56,940 nucleotides of DNA from Candidatus Kuenenbacteria bacterium (GTDB lineage: Bacteria > Patescibacteriota > Patescibacteriia > UBA11705 > JABHMO01), in the NCBI GenBank assembly GCA_013202715.1, contig JABMRF010000053.1, positions 1-56,940 of the forward strand. Direction: 5' to 3'. The position numbers and the translations under genes were made by a program. The notes beneath the pieces are model-generated. The model was not told the origin of the DNA. It worked only from the letters and a program-made list of their open reading frames with translations, and did no database searches. Shown here piece by piece: positions 20,705-31,063 of the stretch (the first letter of the stretch is position 1; each line of letters opens with the position of its first letter).

Positions 20705-21796
20705 TTACATCTCTGCAAATGCATCATCCCCCCTCTCTTGAATAGTTCTTAATCTCACTTGGCTGTCAACCAACAGCAAGATTGACTCTGCGACCAGTTC
20801 GGCGTCTTTAGTTCCAACAACATATGCTTTGACGTCTGCTTCACCTGCTTTAACGTTGTCTGCTAATCTATTTAATCTTTGGGTGTCTGTACTGATTCTT
20901 TCCATAACAACTTTTTCAAATTCCGGATAATTTGGTTTATTTCCATACTTTAGCTTGTATGAATTTAACTCATCCTCCATTTCATCAATTATTTCAACTG
21001 AAAAGTCATAATATTCCTGTATTTGTGTTTTTTCATAAGCAGAATATTTTTCATTGAACTCCAGTTCTTGGGCAACTGGTTTTTCGACATTTACCGGTTC
21101 CGCCAGTTCTTCATTTTGTTTTTCTAATTCTGCTTTGTCAGATTCTACATCTCCGGAGTAAATTTCTCCAATGTCATGCAAGGTCTGCCTAATAAGATCT
21201 TCGTCTGCGTCGGCATCTTGCAGTTCAATAGTAGCATTTTGCATTTGATCTAAAGCTGTGTCCAACATTATTTTTGATGCTCCCTTTGCAGACATATCCT
21301 TATATGTTGCAATTGCTTCTTCTATGAAAATTTTTCCATTATCAACGGAATCTAATACTGGTTTCATGGCATCAACACGCTCTATTAGGGCCGTCTTGAA
21401 ATATTGCAATCCTTGTGTAGAATTGAGCTCAAAACTATCTTCTCCTCCTTCTGAAGAATGCTCCGCTTCTGCTCCAAACGCGGCTGAACTGCCAAAAGAA
21501 ACCATTAAGTATGCACCCAGTGCGAGGGCTTTCTTTTTGTTCATGTTTTTAAAATCAAATCCACCTTTTAAATGCCCACCGAGTTCTTTGATTAGTGCGA
21601 TATTGTTCTTCAGCGCTTGGGTAATTTCAAGCCTTGCTTCGGGTGGTAAAAGTTTGCGTATTTGATCAACAAGCTTTTTATCTTTTTTTGTTATCTTTTC
21701 TACTTCAGGCTCGGGCTTATCTCTGCTTAATTCCTTTTGAACTTCTGCTAAAAGGTTACCATCTTCATTTGCTTCTACTTGTGGGAATGTTTCCAT
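20705..21796 (-). CDS. Hypothetical acidic helical protein with one hydrophobic segment
   Basis: 363-aa ORF, convergent terminator at 20659-20688. Confidence 0.7.
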   Translation of the reverse strand: METFPQVEANEDGNLLAEVQKELSRDKPEPEVEKITKKDKKLVDQIRKLLPPEARLEITQALKNNIALIKELGGHLKGGFDFKNMNKKKALALGAYLMVSFGSSAAFGAEAEHSSEGGEDSFELNSTQGLQYFKTALIERVDAMKPVLDSVDNGKIFIEEAIATYKDMSAKGASKIMLDTALDQMQNATIELQDADADEDLIRQTLHDIGEIYSGDVESDKAELEKQNEELAEPVNVEKPVAQELEFNEKYSAYEKTQIQEYYDFSVEIIDEMEDELNSYKLKYGNKPNYPEFEKVVMERISTDTQRLNRLADNVKAGEADVKAYVVGTKDAELVAESILLLVDSQVRLRTIQERGDDAFAEM

Positions 21797-22041
21797 ATTT
21801 TTGAAGTTAATTTATTTTGCTAATATATATAATATGGTATCACCTGCAAATTTTTTTGTCTAATGAAAGAGCGATATATTGGTTAAATATCAACAAAGAA
21901 CATGAGAATCACAAATCATAACCACTCGAACCTGGGTGGTATTTTTTTTACTAAACTTAGCTTAAACTTGACATAATTTATAATATGTGTTATACTGCGA
22001 AGTAAAATTGTTAATTGAAAATTACACATTTGGAGGAAGAA

Positions 22042-23424
22042 ATGAAGAAAGCGATGACCATCTTATCGATGGTTGCAGCCGCAATAATTGCGGTTGTGAT
22101 TTTGGGATTTTTGGCTTTGTATTTGCTGGGACGCAGTTCAACCAATCGGGAATGGCAGAACAAAGTGCAAGAGCGCACTCCTGCTGAAATTCGCGGTCTG
22201 ATGCAGGCCATGGTGGAGTCACCAGAAAACACACCGAACTTCGTTCCGCAGTCAATGCTGGACGATGAAGTGTGCAGTGCAGCAGTTTGCAACGCGATTA
22301 ACTTCACAGTTGGAAAAGAGTTGCTGAAGTGTGGCGCAGCCTGGCGGTTTTCGAAAACCAACGATCAGGTCATTGCCAAAACGGTCTACGACCGGTCAAA
22401 GGATTTTTCCATTGAAACAAACGAAGACGGCACACGCCGGATCGTGGAAAACTTTGACAGGAATTTTTGGTTGGACAGCATTCTTGACCCGAGCAAAATG
22501 TATGTGGTTGGATACCACTACCATAATACAGTTCATGATGAAGAAATCCTGGAGGACGGAATCGGTCTGAATAGTCATTTGGCCTGGTTGCTCCCGATTG
22601 AAGATAACAAACGCTGGGCATATCACCTGGTACATCGGCCAAATCGTTTGGATGAGAATCCGTACCAGATTGAGCCGGTCCAGGATTTGCCCAGCGAATT
22701 TGATCTGGTCTACATCTGGGAGTTGAAGGGTATTGTGTTGCCAGAAAAAGGTGATAAAATGATTCTGGTCAACAACAGTTTGCCGTTTTCCAAGATTCGG
22801 CATTGGTTGAACAACGGACCGGACTTCATGGAGTACTACCTTGATACTGGAATGGTTTGGTTTCGAAACACTACCGGCGGGTATGACCAGTTTCCAGAAG
22901 TGATGAAGATCACCGGTGAGCTTGTTGAGTTACCCTATATCCATCCATTGGAACAGGGAACGGTACTTGCCTATTACCGGCATATCCCGATCTTTGCTCA
23001 TGTTTACGAGACAAAAGAGCGAACCGGGTATGGTCAGAAGTATCAATGTGTAGAGCTCATCAATCGATTCTATGCAGAAATACTTGGCCATAAAAATATG
23101 CAGGGTACGGGCCACGCGGATTCGTATTTCTGGCAGGCTTCGAGCAAAGCAAAAGGGCTGAAGGCCTATTCCAACGGTAGCAAAGTTAAGCCGGCCGTGC
23201 ACGACATCCTCGTCTTTGACGTCGGAAATAATGACGGCAAGGTCGGTCATGCTGCACTCGTCATTTCGGTTAGCAATTTGGAAGTCTGTTTTATACAGCA
23301 GAATTACTATCGAGACAACGAGCCGGTTGTGAAAGATTGTCTACCACTTCGAGTCGAAGGCGGTGGGTGGCATATTTTGAATAAGTACTATGCGCCGGTA
23401 GCGGGCTGGTCCAGGATCAAGTAG
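22042..23424 (+). CDS. Membrane-anchored protein with C-terminal CHAP amidase domain
   Basis: N-terminal TM; GQKYQCVELINRFY (Cys), GHAALV (His), QQN; GGAGG SD; TTGACA-17-TATACT promoter at ~21968. Confidence 0.85.
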   Translation: MKKAMTILSMVAAAIIAVVILGFLALYLLGRSSTNREWQNKVQERTPAEIRGLMQAMVESPENTPNFVPQSMLDDEVCSAAVCNAINFTVGKELLKCGAAWRFSKTNDQVIAKTVYDRSKDFSIETNEDGTRRIVENFDRNFWLDSILDPSKMYVVGYHYHNTVHDEEILEDGIGLNSHLAWLLPIEDNKRWAYHLVHRPNRLDENPYQIEPVQDLPSEFDLVYIWELKGIVLPEKGDKMILVNNSLPFSKIRHWLNNGPDFMEYYLDTGMVWFRNTTGGYDQFPEVMKITGELVELPYIHPLEQGTVLAYYRHIPIFAHVYETKERTGYGQKYQCVELINRFYAEILGHKNMQGTGHADSYFWQASSKAKGLKAYSNGSKVKPAVHDILVFDVGNNDGKVGHAALVISVSNLEVCFIQQNYYRDNEPVVKDCLPLRVEGGGWHILNKYYAPVAGWSRIK

Positions 23425-23478
23425 ACAGTCAACTTAATTAACTCAATTAACTTAGTTAACTCAACCTGGAGGTAAAGG

Positions 23479-23610
23479 ATGAAGAAACGTCACGTGTTGT
23501 TCTTTTCAGTTCTGTTCGCAGTGATGATGCTGGCCGGTACGGTCAACGCCGGCGGTGGTGGCGGGTATGACCCGGGCGGCTGCGGCTGCAACATTTCGGC
23601 GACTGAGTAG
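23479..23610 (+). CDS. Small secreted Gly/Cys-rich peptide (43 aa)
   Basis: GGAGG SD; MKKRHVLFFSVLFAVMMLAGTVNA|GGGGGYDPGGCGCNISATE; terminator follows. Confidence 0.65.
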   Translation: MKKRHVLFFSVLFAVMMLAGTVNAGGGGGYDPGGCGCNISATE

Positions 23611-23628
23611 TCGTTTGAAGTGAACATC

Positions 23629-23662
23629 CAGGCTCATGTCTTTACATGAGCCTGTTTTTTTT
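23629..23662 (+). terminator. Intrinsic terminator
   Basis: CAGGCTCATGT-cttt-ACATGAGCCTG plus T8. Confidence 0.75.
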
Positions 23663-23805
23663 GCTTGAAATATTTGTTAAATTGCGGTAGAATATATGTA
23701 TAAATCACGAATTGCGCGAATCTGCGCGAATAGCCTCGAATTAGAAAAATAACTTGTAGGCCATATTCGCGTTAATTCGCGACAATTCGCGAAATTCGTG
23801 ACTAT

Positions 23806-26646
23806 ATGAAAAAATACGATTACAAGAAAGTCGAAAAGAAGTGGCAGAAGTTTTGGGAAAAGAATAAGCCGTTTCGAGCTGAAGATGGAAATAAAAAAGA
23901 AAAATATTACTATCTGGTTGAATTTCCATATCCATCTGGTGAGGGACTTCATGTCGGCCATGTGCGAAGCTATACCGCGCTAGATATTATGGCTCGGAAA
24001 AAAAGGATACAGGGATTCAATGTTTTATACCCGATAGGTTGGGACGCTTTTGGATTGCCGGCAGAGAACTATGCGATAAAAACTGGTAAGCATCCGAAAA
24101 AGGTTACTGAGGAAAATGTTAAGGTTTACAAAAATCAAATTCAGAGTTTGGGCATAAGTTTTGATTGGGACAGGGAAATTAATACTACTGATCCTGAATA
24201 TTATAAATGGACACAATGGATATTTTTACAATTATATAAAAAAGGGTTAGCTTATAAAAAGAAAATGCCGATCAACTGGTGCCCAAGCTGTAAAATTGGA
24301 TTGGCTAATGAAGAAGTTGTTGACGGCAAATGCGAACGCTGTGATGCTGAGGCTGAAAAAAAGGAAATGGAACAGTGGATGCTGAAAATCACTGAATATG
24401 CGGATCGGTTAATTGAAGATTTGGAAACGGTGGATTATTTAGATAAAATAAAAACTCAACAAATCAATTGGATTGGCCGTTCAGAGGGATCAGACATTGA
24501 CTTCGAAGTAAAAGACTTTGATGACAGGATTAAAGTGTTTACAACACGTCCCGATACCTTGTTTGGCGCCACATTTATGGTCTTGTCACCTGAACATGAA
24601 CTTGTGAACAAGATTACCACTTCAAAACAAGAAAAAGAGGTCATCAAATATCAGGAACAAGCCGGAAAAAAATCAGATTTAGAACGTACCGAACTTCAAA
24701 AAGAAAAAACTGGCGTATTTACTGGCGCGTACGCAATTAATCCGGTCAATAAAAAGAAAATCCCAATCTGGATTGCAGATTATGTATTAGCTTCGTATGG
24801 TTATGGCGCGATCATGGCCGTTCCAGCGCATGATCAGCGTGATTTTGAATTTGCGAATAAATACAAGCTTGAAATTGAGCAAGTTATCTCACCGATGTTT
24901 ATTGATGATATCAATCCACCTCAGGAAGGTTTTGACGAGGTTTGTCGAGATACGGTTTTGGCTTTTGTTCGTGATAAAAAAACAAAAAAGTATGCACTCC
25001 TTGATTGGCACGGAACTTTGGACGGAATCACCACAACTGTAATGGGCGGAATCGATGATGGCGAGGATCCTGAAAAAGCGGCCAGAAAAGAGCTGGCTGA
25101 GGAAGCCGGTTTAGAAAATGTTACTTTAATAAAAAAATCAAACTGGATAACTGAAGCAAAATATTGCGCTTCACATAAAAAAGAAAACCGCCACGCGAAA
25201 GCGCATGCCTTTTTGTTTGAAGTTGAAAATTTAGACAAGCAAAAAGAAATTCCTGAAAAAGAACAGAAAATTCACACTCTATACTGGGTAAAAGAAGATG
25301 AAGTCGAGGGCAAACTTGTTCCACCCCATCAAAAGTTTGTTTGGCAACAAATACTTGAAGAAACTGCACTAACTCAAGGTGGCCATTTGATGAATTCTGG
25401 AAAATATGATGGCATGAATGTTGGTGAATGCATTGAAAACATCACTAAATGGCTTGATAAACAAAATCTTGGAAAAAAGGCTACTAATTATCACTTGCGC
25501 GATTGGGTTTTTTCCAGACAGCATTATTGGGGTGAGCCGATTCCTATGGTTTACTGCGAAGTTTGCGGATGGGTCCCATTAAAAGAAGAAGATCTTCCTC
25601 TCGAATTACCAATGGTTGAAAAATATCTACCAACCGATACCGGCGAGTCACCACTCGCGTCAATCGAAGATTGGGTAAAAACAACTTGCCCGAAATGTAA
25701 GGGGAAGGCCAGACGGGAAACTGACACTATGCCGAATTGGGCAGGATCGAGCTGGTATTTCTTGCGATATATAGATCCAAAGAATACTGAGCAGTTCGCC
25801 GATATGGACAAACTAAAATACTGGACTCCAGTTGATTTATATAACGGTGGAATGGAGCACACCACTTTGCATTTGTTGTATTCGAGGTTCTGGCACAAGT
25901 TTTTGTATGATCAGGGATTAGTTCCGACATCAGAGCCATATCAGCGGCGTGTTTCACACGGTATGATTTTGGCACCTGATAATCAGAAAATGAGTAAGTC
26001 TCGCGGCAATGTAATTAATCCAGATGAAATTGTAAACGAATATGGGGCTGATACCCTTCGAATTTACGAAATGTTTATGGGTCCATATGATCAGCCCGTT
26101 TCTTGGGATACGAATGGATTACGAGGTGTGAAAAAGTTTTTGGACAAGGTTTGGGCCTCACGAGACAAACAAAATAAACAAGATAGCAAAGAGGTTGTTG
26201 CGCTACTACACAAAACAATTCAAAAAGTTACCGAAGATATTGATAAAATGCATTTTAATACTGCGGTTTCAGCAATGATGATTTTTGTAAATAAAATTCA
26301 GGAAACGGGATGTACAAAAGAGACTTTTGAAAAGTTTATAATTTTATTAAGTCCATTTGCTCCGCATTTGGCTGAAGAATTATTTTCAGCACTTGGAGAA
26401 AAGGGAAGTGTAGCTGAACAATCTTGGCCGTCATTTGATAAATCAAAGGTTGCCTCTGAACAAATTGAAATTCCGGTGCAAGTTAATGGAAAAATTCGCG
26501 ATAAACTTTCAGTTTCAGCAGATATTTCAGAAGCGGAGCTAAAAAAACTTGCTTTGGACAGCGAAAAAGTACAGAAATTCCTAGAAGGAAAAAAACCAAA
26601 GAAAGTTATTTATGTAAAAGGCCGGTTGCTTAGTATTGTGGTTTGA
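23806..26646 (+). CDS. leuS: Leucine--tRNA ligase with inserted NUDIX domain
   Basis: FPYPSG.GLHVGH, KMSKS, GG.EH..LHLLYSRF; NUDIX box GGIDDGEDPEKAARKELAEEAGL. Confidence 0.97.
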   Translation: MKKYDYKKVEKKWQKFWEKNKPFRAEDGNKKEKYYYLVEFPYPSGEGLHVGHVRSYTALDIMARKKRIQGFNVLYPIGWDAFGLPAENYAIKTGKHPKKVTEENVKVYKNQIQSLGISFDWDREINTTDPEYYKWTQWIFLQLYKKGLAYKKKMPINWCPSCKIGLANEEVVDGKCERCDAEAEKKEMEQWMLKITEYADRLIEDLETVDYLDKIKTQQINWIGRSEGSDIDFEVKDFDDRIKVFTTRPDTLFGATFMVLSPEHELVNKITTSKQEKEVIKYQEQAGKKSDLERTELQKEKTGVFTGAYAINPVNKKKIPIWIADYVLASYGYGAIMAVPAHDQRDFEFANKYKLEIEQVISPMFIDDINPPQEGFDEVCRDTVLAFVRDKKTKKYALLDWHGTLDGITTTVMGGIDDGEDPEKAARKELAEEAGLENVTLIKKSNWITEAKYCASHKKENRHAKAHAFLFEVENLDKQKEIPEKEQKIHTLYWVKEDEVEGKLVPPHQKFVWQQILEETALTQGGHLMNSGKYDGMNVGECIENITKWLDKQNLGKKATNYHLRDWVFSRQHYWGEPIPMVYCEVCGWVPLKEEDLPLELPMVEKYLPTDTGESPLASIEDWVKTTCPKCKGKARRETDTMPNWAGSSWYFLRYIDPKNTEQFADMDKLKYWTPVDLYNGGMEHTTLHLLYSRFWHKFLYDQGLVPTSEPYQRRVSHGMILAPDNQKMSKSRGNVINPDEIVNEYGADTLRIYEMFMGPYDQPVSWDTNGLRGVKKFLDKVWASRDKQNKQDSKEVVALLHKTIQKVTEDIDKMHFNTAVSAMMIFVNKIQETGCTKETFEKFIILLSPFAPHLAEELFSALGEKGSVAEQSWPSFDKSKVASEQIEIPVQVNGKIRDKLSVSADISEAELKKLALDSEKVQKFLEGKKPKKVIYVKGRLLSIVV

Positions 26647-26778
26647 TATTTTAATTTTTTAATTTTAATTGTGGTTTTACATTTTTCATTTAAAAAAAGA
26701 AGCCCTGTTACATAGTGTATAACAGGGCCTTAAAATTCCATGTCTTTAGCCATGTCGGCCTCCGTTTCATGGTGATAG

Positions 26779-27216
26779 TCAAATCTGATTGGCTTCAGTC
26801 ATCGGCTTAGCATTTACAAAATTCTCTACTAACCCCGCTAACCGGGAAAACATTTCATAGAACATGACATCTCTTTCTGCCATTTTACGGACTTCTTCTT
26901 TTGAAAGGTTAGAGAAGATCTCTATCGTTGGCTGGTTGGCCGATTCGGGTCGTCTGCCTTCAACCGGTTCAGGTGTGACACAAAGCCCTCCGGGGCCGCA
27001 CATGATTTTTTGATCTTTATTTGCAAGGCCTCCGGGCCCGCATTTGATTTTTTCCGGAGAATCGGCTTGGCCGCACTCCGGAACAACGCACGTAATTTTC
27101 AGTTTGCCAAGTTCAGTTTTTATCTCCTGAACGTCTTGGCAGGTTTTGGCAAGCAGAAACGTAGTTAACGCTGCTTGTGCATCTTCTCTCGACACTGGCT
27201 TGTACGGCGGTCTCAT
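26779..27216 (-). CDS. Hypothetical protein with duplicated KIxCGPGGL motif
   Basis: AGGAGG SD before ATG at 27216. Confidence 0.7.
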   Translation of the reverse strand: MRPPYKPVSREDAQAALTTFLLAKTCQDVQEIKTELGKLKITCVVPECGQADSPEKIKCGPGGLANKDQKIMCGPGGLCVTPEPVEGRRPESANQPTIEIFSNLSKEEVRKMAERDVMFYEMFSRLAGLVENFVNAKPMTEANQI

Positions 27217-27678
27217 CTTTTTTCCTCCTGTATGTAGATGAGAGGTTAGGATCCCGCAACGCGGGGTCTTCAAAGGAAATGATAAAGGGTATGAAATGAG
27301 CAATTTATTTTGAGGAACAATCCTCCTACTTTAATTGTAAAGAATTAAAAATACAAAAGAAATAGTTTCTGGGGAAAACTTTTTGTTTATTTTGTCAAAT
27401 ATATAAAACGGGCACCCTGCATTATTTTATAAAAAAACAATAAAATATGTTTGCATTCTCTGACTTATTTTTTTCGCTCTAGGATAGTTATTCATAAGTA
27501 AATTGTTGGAAGACCTTGACATTTATTCTCAAAACTGTGGATAAATAGTTTGAAATGTTGTCAATAAGTGCTAACATTTAAATAGGAGGAAAAGTCAAAA
27601 GTCTTGAGTCAATAGTCTAGAGTTTATCGAATAGCTATTGACTAGTTGATTTTTGACTCTAGACTCTAGACTATAAAT

Positions 27679-28431
27679 ATGGCATTAACTCAGGAATTAC
27701 TTGCAATAGGATTGACAGACAAGGAGGCAGAGGTTTTTGTTTCCGCATTACAGCTCGGCTATGCATCGGTTCATGAAATAGCCCAGAAGTCCGGAATAAA
27801 CAGAACAACGACTTATACTCATGTTAAAAATTTAATCGCCAGAGGTTTGATTAATGTGGTGGAAAAGAATGGGAAAGTTTTTTATGTAGCTGAAAAACCG
27901 GAAAAACTGAAATATATTTATGAACAGCAGGAAAAGGAAATTCAAAGACGGCGGCAGACATTGGACAAAATAATGCCGGAGTTGGAATCAATTTATAATT
28001 TAGCAAAAAACAGGCCGTCAGTTCGCTATTACAGTTATACCGACAAAAATGATTTGGATTACGTACGTCGGGAAATTCAAAATCAGCGGTCAAGTGAAGT
28101 GTATAATATTTTTAACCATGATCTATTTAGCGAGCATATCAATCGCAATCATATTCAAGCTATATTGGATTCAGTACAAAAGTTCAGAATTTTATATATT
28201 TCCAAAAATAAGATTTTGGACAGAAAAGTCCATCCGTTCATTGGTCATGAAAAGCTTAAATTGAAATTCCTTCCTGAAGCTAAATTTAATTTTCTTTCAG
28301 AAGTGCTTATTTCCGACTGTAATGTTTACATTGCCGGCAATGGATCTTGGATGGTAATTTCCGATAAATTATTTTCTCAAACTTTAACTTTATTATTTCA
28401 CGCCCTTTGGGGTATAGCAGAAGACTTTTAG
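27679..28431 (+). CDS. TrmB-family transcriptional regulator
   Basis: GLTDKEAEVF..ALQLG.ASVHEIAQKSGINRTTTY wHTH, RPSVRYY. Confidence 0.9.
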   Translation: MALTQELLAIGLTDKEAEVFVSALQLGYASVHEIAQKSGINRTTTYTHVKNLIARGLINVVEKNGKVFYVAEKPEKLKYIYEQQEKEIQRRRQTLDKIMPELESIYNLAKNRPSVRYYSYTDKNDLDYVRREIQNQRSSEVYNIFNHDLFSEHINRNHIQAILDSVQKFRILYISKNKILDRKVHPFIGHEKLKLKFLPEAKFNFLSEVLISDCNVYIAGNGSWMVISDKLFSQTLTLLFHALWGIAEDF

Positions 28432-28481
28432 TAGGCGCGGATTGACGCGGATCTAACGCGGATTAACGCGGAGATTAAGAT

Positions 28482-29216
28482 ATGTTGCATAAGGTTTTAC
28501 AAAATTTCGGTTTATCAGAAAAAGAAACCAGAGTCTATCTGGCTGCCTTGGAATTGGGAATTTCAACAATTCAGGATCTTTCAAAAAAATCTGGAGTTAA
28601 TCGGGCTACAACATACATTCAAGTTGAGGCTTTGATCAAGCATGGACTGATAAATTTGATTGAGCGAGGTAAGAAAACATTGGTAGTGGCGGAAAAGCCA
28701 CAGAGACTTTTGGAGATTTTGGAAAATAAAAAAAACAAGGTTGAAAAACTTGAAAAAAGAATCACCAGTTTACTTCCGGACTTAGAGGCAATATACAATG
28801 TGAAAACTGACCGGCCAAGAGTTAGATTTATTGACAACAAAGCCGGTTTTGAGTTTTTTCTTGATGAAATGATGAAGAAAAAACCGGAAAACGTCTATTC
28901 TATTATGCCTCGATTGGATGCACCGAATGAAACATTTGAAAAAGTGACCAAAAAAATTGGGGATTACAAAATTGTTTTTGCAATGGAAAAAAACACAGAA
29001 GATTTATATAAAAAATTGAAAAATATCAGTACGAAATATTTTCATCTTGATGATTTTCAAATCGAAATAACAATGTATTCCAATCGAGTTTTAATTAACA
29101 AGCCAATTCTTGAGGCACGGCAAAGTACAGCAGTGCTGATTGAAGATAAATTATTTTATCACAGTTTTTTGGCTTTGTTTAATATGTTTTGGGCAACTGG
29201 GCAGGAATTAGAATAA
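28482..29216 (+). CDS. TrmB-family transcriptional regulator (tandem paralogue)
   Basis: GLSEKETRVYLAALELG, SGVNRATTY, RPRVRF. Confidence 0.9.
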   Translation: MLHKVLQNFGLSEKETRVYLAALELGISTIQDLSKKSGVNRATTYIQVEALIKHGLINLIERGKKTLVVAEKPQRLLEILENKKNKVEKLEKRITSLLPDLEAIYNVKTDRPRVRFIDNKAGFEFFLDEMMKKKPENVYSIMPRLDAPNETFEKVTKKIGDYKIVFAMEKNTEDLYKKLKNISTKYFHLDDFQIEITMYSNRVLINKPILEARQSTAVLIEDKLFYHSFLALFNMFWATGQELE

Positions 29217-29293
29217 ATTTTTTAAATTATAATAACCCCCGCGCTGCGAGGGTTTTCGTCTGTCTTATTTCATCGCCCTTGATGGATGATCAG

Positions 29294-29530
29294 CTAGAGA
29301 ATCAGCTGAGTCGGGCGTTTTGCTGTGTCGATTGTTTCGCCGCGAGTAGAATGTGGCGCGCTGAATCCGCTTCCGCCAAACACTCCGCCCATGCTGCTTG
29401 TTGGTAGCGGAATATGGACAGTTCTGACTCGGCTCGATGAATGGGGCCGCGTAGAACAATAATACACTTTTCTGGCACTCATTTGCAGCGTTTCACATTT
29501 TCCTGAAAGAGCATGGAGTTTTGTGAGCAT
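29294..29530 (-). CDS. Small hypothetical ORF, possibly frameshifted
   Basis: AAGGAGG SD, TTGACA-17-TATACT promoter at ~29592-29620; an alternative frame after codon ~17 reads more protein-like. Confidence 0.35.
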   Translation of the reverse strand: MLTKLHALSGKCETLQMSARKVYYCSTRPHSSSRVRTVHIPLPTSSMGGVFGGSGFSAPHSTRGETIDTAKRPTQLIL

Positions 29531-29919
29531 GTGGACCTCCTTGAACCCGTTAACTATTTTCCCAAATGGGATAACATTAATTAACAAACAAGTATAACAA
29601 ACATTTTATTATTTGTCAAGCCTGTAAACGCGAAAACACAAAATTCGCAAAAGCGCAAAAGGGTAAATTGAACCTTGTGTTATTGTTTATAACAGTTTTT
29701 GTTTACTAAATTTACAATAGAATTGCCGTTTTGGGGAGTTGAATGTTGATTGGGGTTGACAGATTGTAAAAAGTTTGCTATAATAATCTATAATTTACTT
29801 GGCGACAATGCTTGTCTTGCTAAGTAAATATAGTATAGATAAAATTGTTTATCAATTGCGAGCCCTGATGCTGAATTGGGGCTCTAGATGGATAAATAAC
29901 ATTTGGAGAGGAGGCCAAA

Positions 29920-30114
29920 ATGTTAGCAAGATTGAGTAGCCGACAGAAGCGTCGGCAAGCAGAAAAAAAGAGGAAGCGTGAGTATGACCCGCATCGAATA
30001 ATGCGGGAAATCGCCCGCGACTTGGTTGGCTCGAAGCCTACTCAGCGTCTTGATACAAAGAGAGGCGCAAAGGGCTACGACCGTAAACGGGATCGACGTA
30101 TCCCCACAGACTAG
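29920..30114 (+). CDS. Small basic protein, ArfA/BrfA-like candidate
   Basis: GGAGG SD; very K/R-rich; QRLDTKRGAKGYDRK resembles ArfA QRVEKNKKGKGSY.RK. Confidence 0.6.
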   Translation: MLARLSSRQKRRQAEKKRKREYDPHRIMREIARDLVGSKPTQRLDTKRGAKGYDRKRDRRIPTD

Positions 30115-30267
30115 GAGGCGGCCATGTGGAAGCTGAAACATCGAGGATTTTACATTGTAAAATCCTCTTCAACTTTAGTAAACAAATTTCTGCCCCACTT
30201 TCAGTGGGTTCAAAGAAAAGAAAAATTTGTTTGTTGAAGTTGGTGGTTGACAACTAAGGAGGAAAGT

Positions 30268-30747
30268 ATGAAAGAATTTTTGTTGTATGGTCTTCAATTA
30301 TTTGGCTTGATAGCGATAATTGCTATGGGCATTGCTGGTTGCAGGATGGTCGCCCAGAGAAAGAAGATGGTCGATTCTTGTCTTCACAGCTTTCAGAGAT
30401 TGGGTCGGGCATTTTTGCCGGCAGGTGCCTTGAGCCAGCTGGATGTGATCCAAGTGCTGAAGGAGAATGGAGTCAGTGTAGCTAACGGCAACACTATTCC
30501 GGATTGGCCGTACTGCTACGACATCCGAGGGAAGTTCAACGGCTTTTCCATCCGTCTGTATGCTGGCTGGGTTTTTGGCGAGGATGCTGTCCAAAGATTC
30601 TCTTTGGAGATGGAGAGGCGGTCTTCTTCGGAAAGTACGAAGATCGTCATCACTGAGCCGGAATCAAAAATGGCTGAGGTTCTTGCGGATCTTCATAAGT
30701 ACGAGATCTTCAAGCCTGACGGGAAGTACGCCAGGAACCACGTTTAG
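30268..30747 (+). CDS. Hypothetical protein with N-terminal TM
   Basis: AAGGAGG SD before ATG 30268. Confidence 0.75.
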   Translation: MKEFLLYGLQLFGLIAIIAMGIAGCRMVAQRKKMVDSCLHSFQRLGRAFLPAGALSQLDVIQVLKENGVSVANGNTIPDWPYCYDIRGKFNGFSIRLYAGWVFGEDAVQRFSLEMERRSSSESTKIVITEPESKMAEVLADLHKYEIFKPDGKYARNHV

Positions 30748-30759
30748 CAGGAGGAGGAA

Positions 30760-31063
30760 CAGCACAGTTTTAACTCTCCTTGCCTACTCTGGAACGGAGC
30801 AAGACCTGGAAGCTATTCGATGGGGAGGAGCAATTTTTATCTGGTGTATTGCAGCAGCAATACTGGCGATTGGAATTGCTTTTACTATGCATGTCCTGTC
30901 AACAAGAGGCGAATCATACAAGTCCTATATGAGAAGAAAGGACGAGGAGTACATGGCAATATACGGCTTCACGTTCACAGAGTACTGCAGGAAGAGTGAT
31001 GAGAAAGAAAAAAGAAGAAATAGGTTCTTGAAAAGGCGTTGGTATCATGTGGCAGGAGGATAG
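30760..31063 (+). CDS. Small single-TM hypothetical protein, start uncertain
   Basis: AGGAGGAGG at ~30748 but no in-frame ATG follows; TM segment AIFIWCIAAAILAIGIAF. Confidence 0.45.

Noticed and set aside
23479-23610. Lasso peptide precursor
   Set aside because: Leader is a Sec signal without Thr at -2, and no lasso cyclase or protease is in the window.
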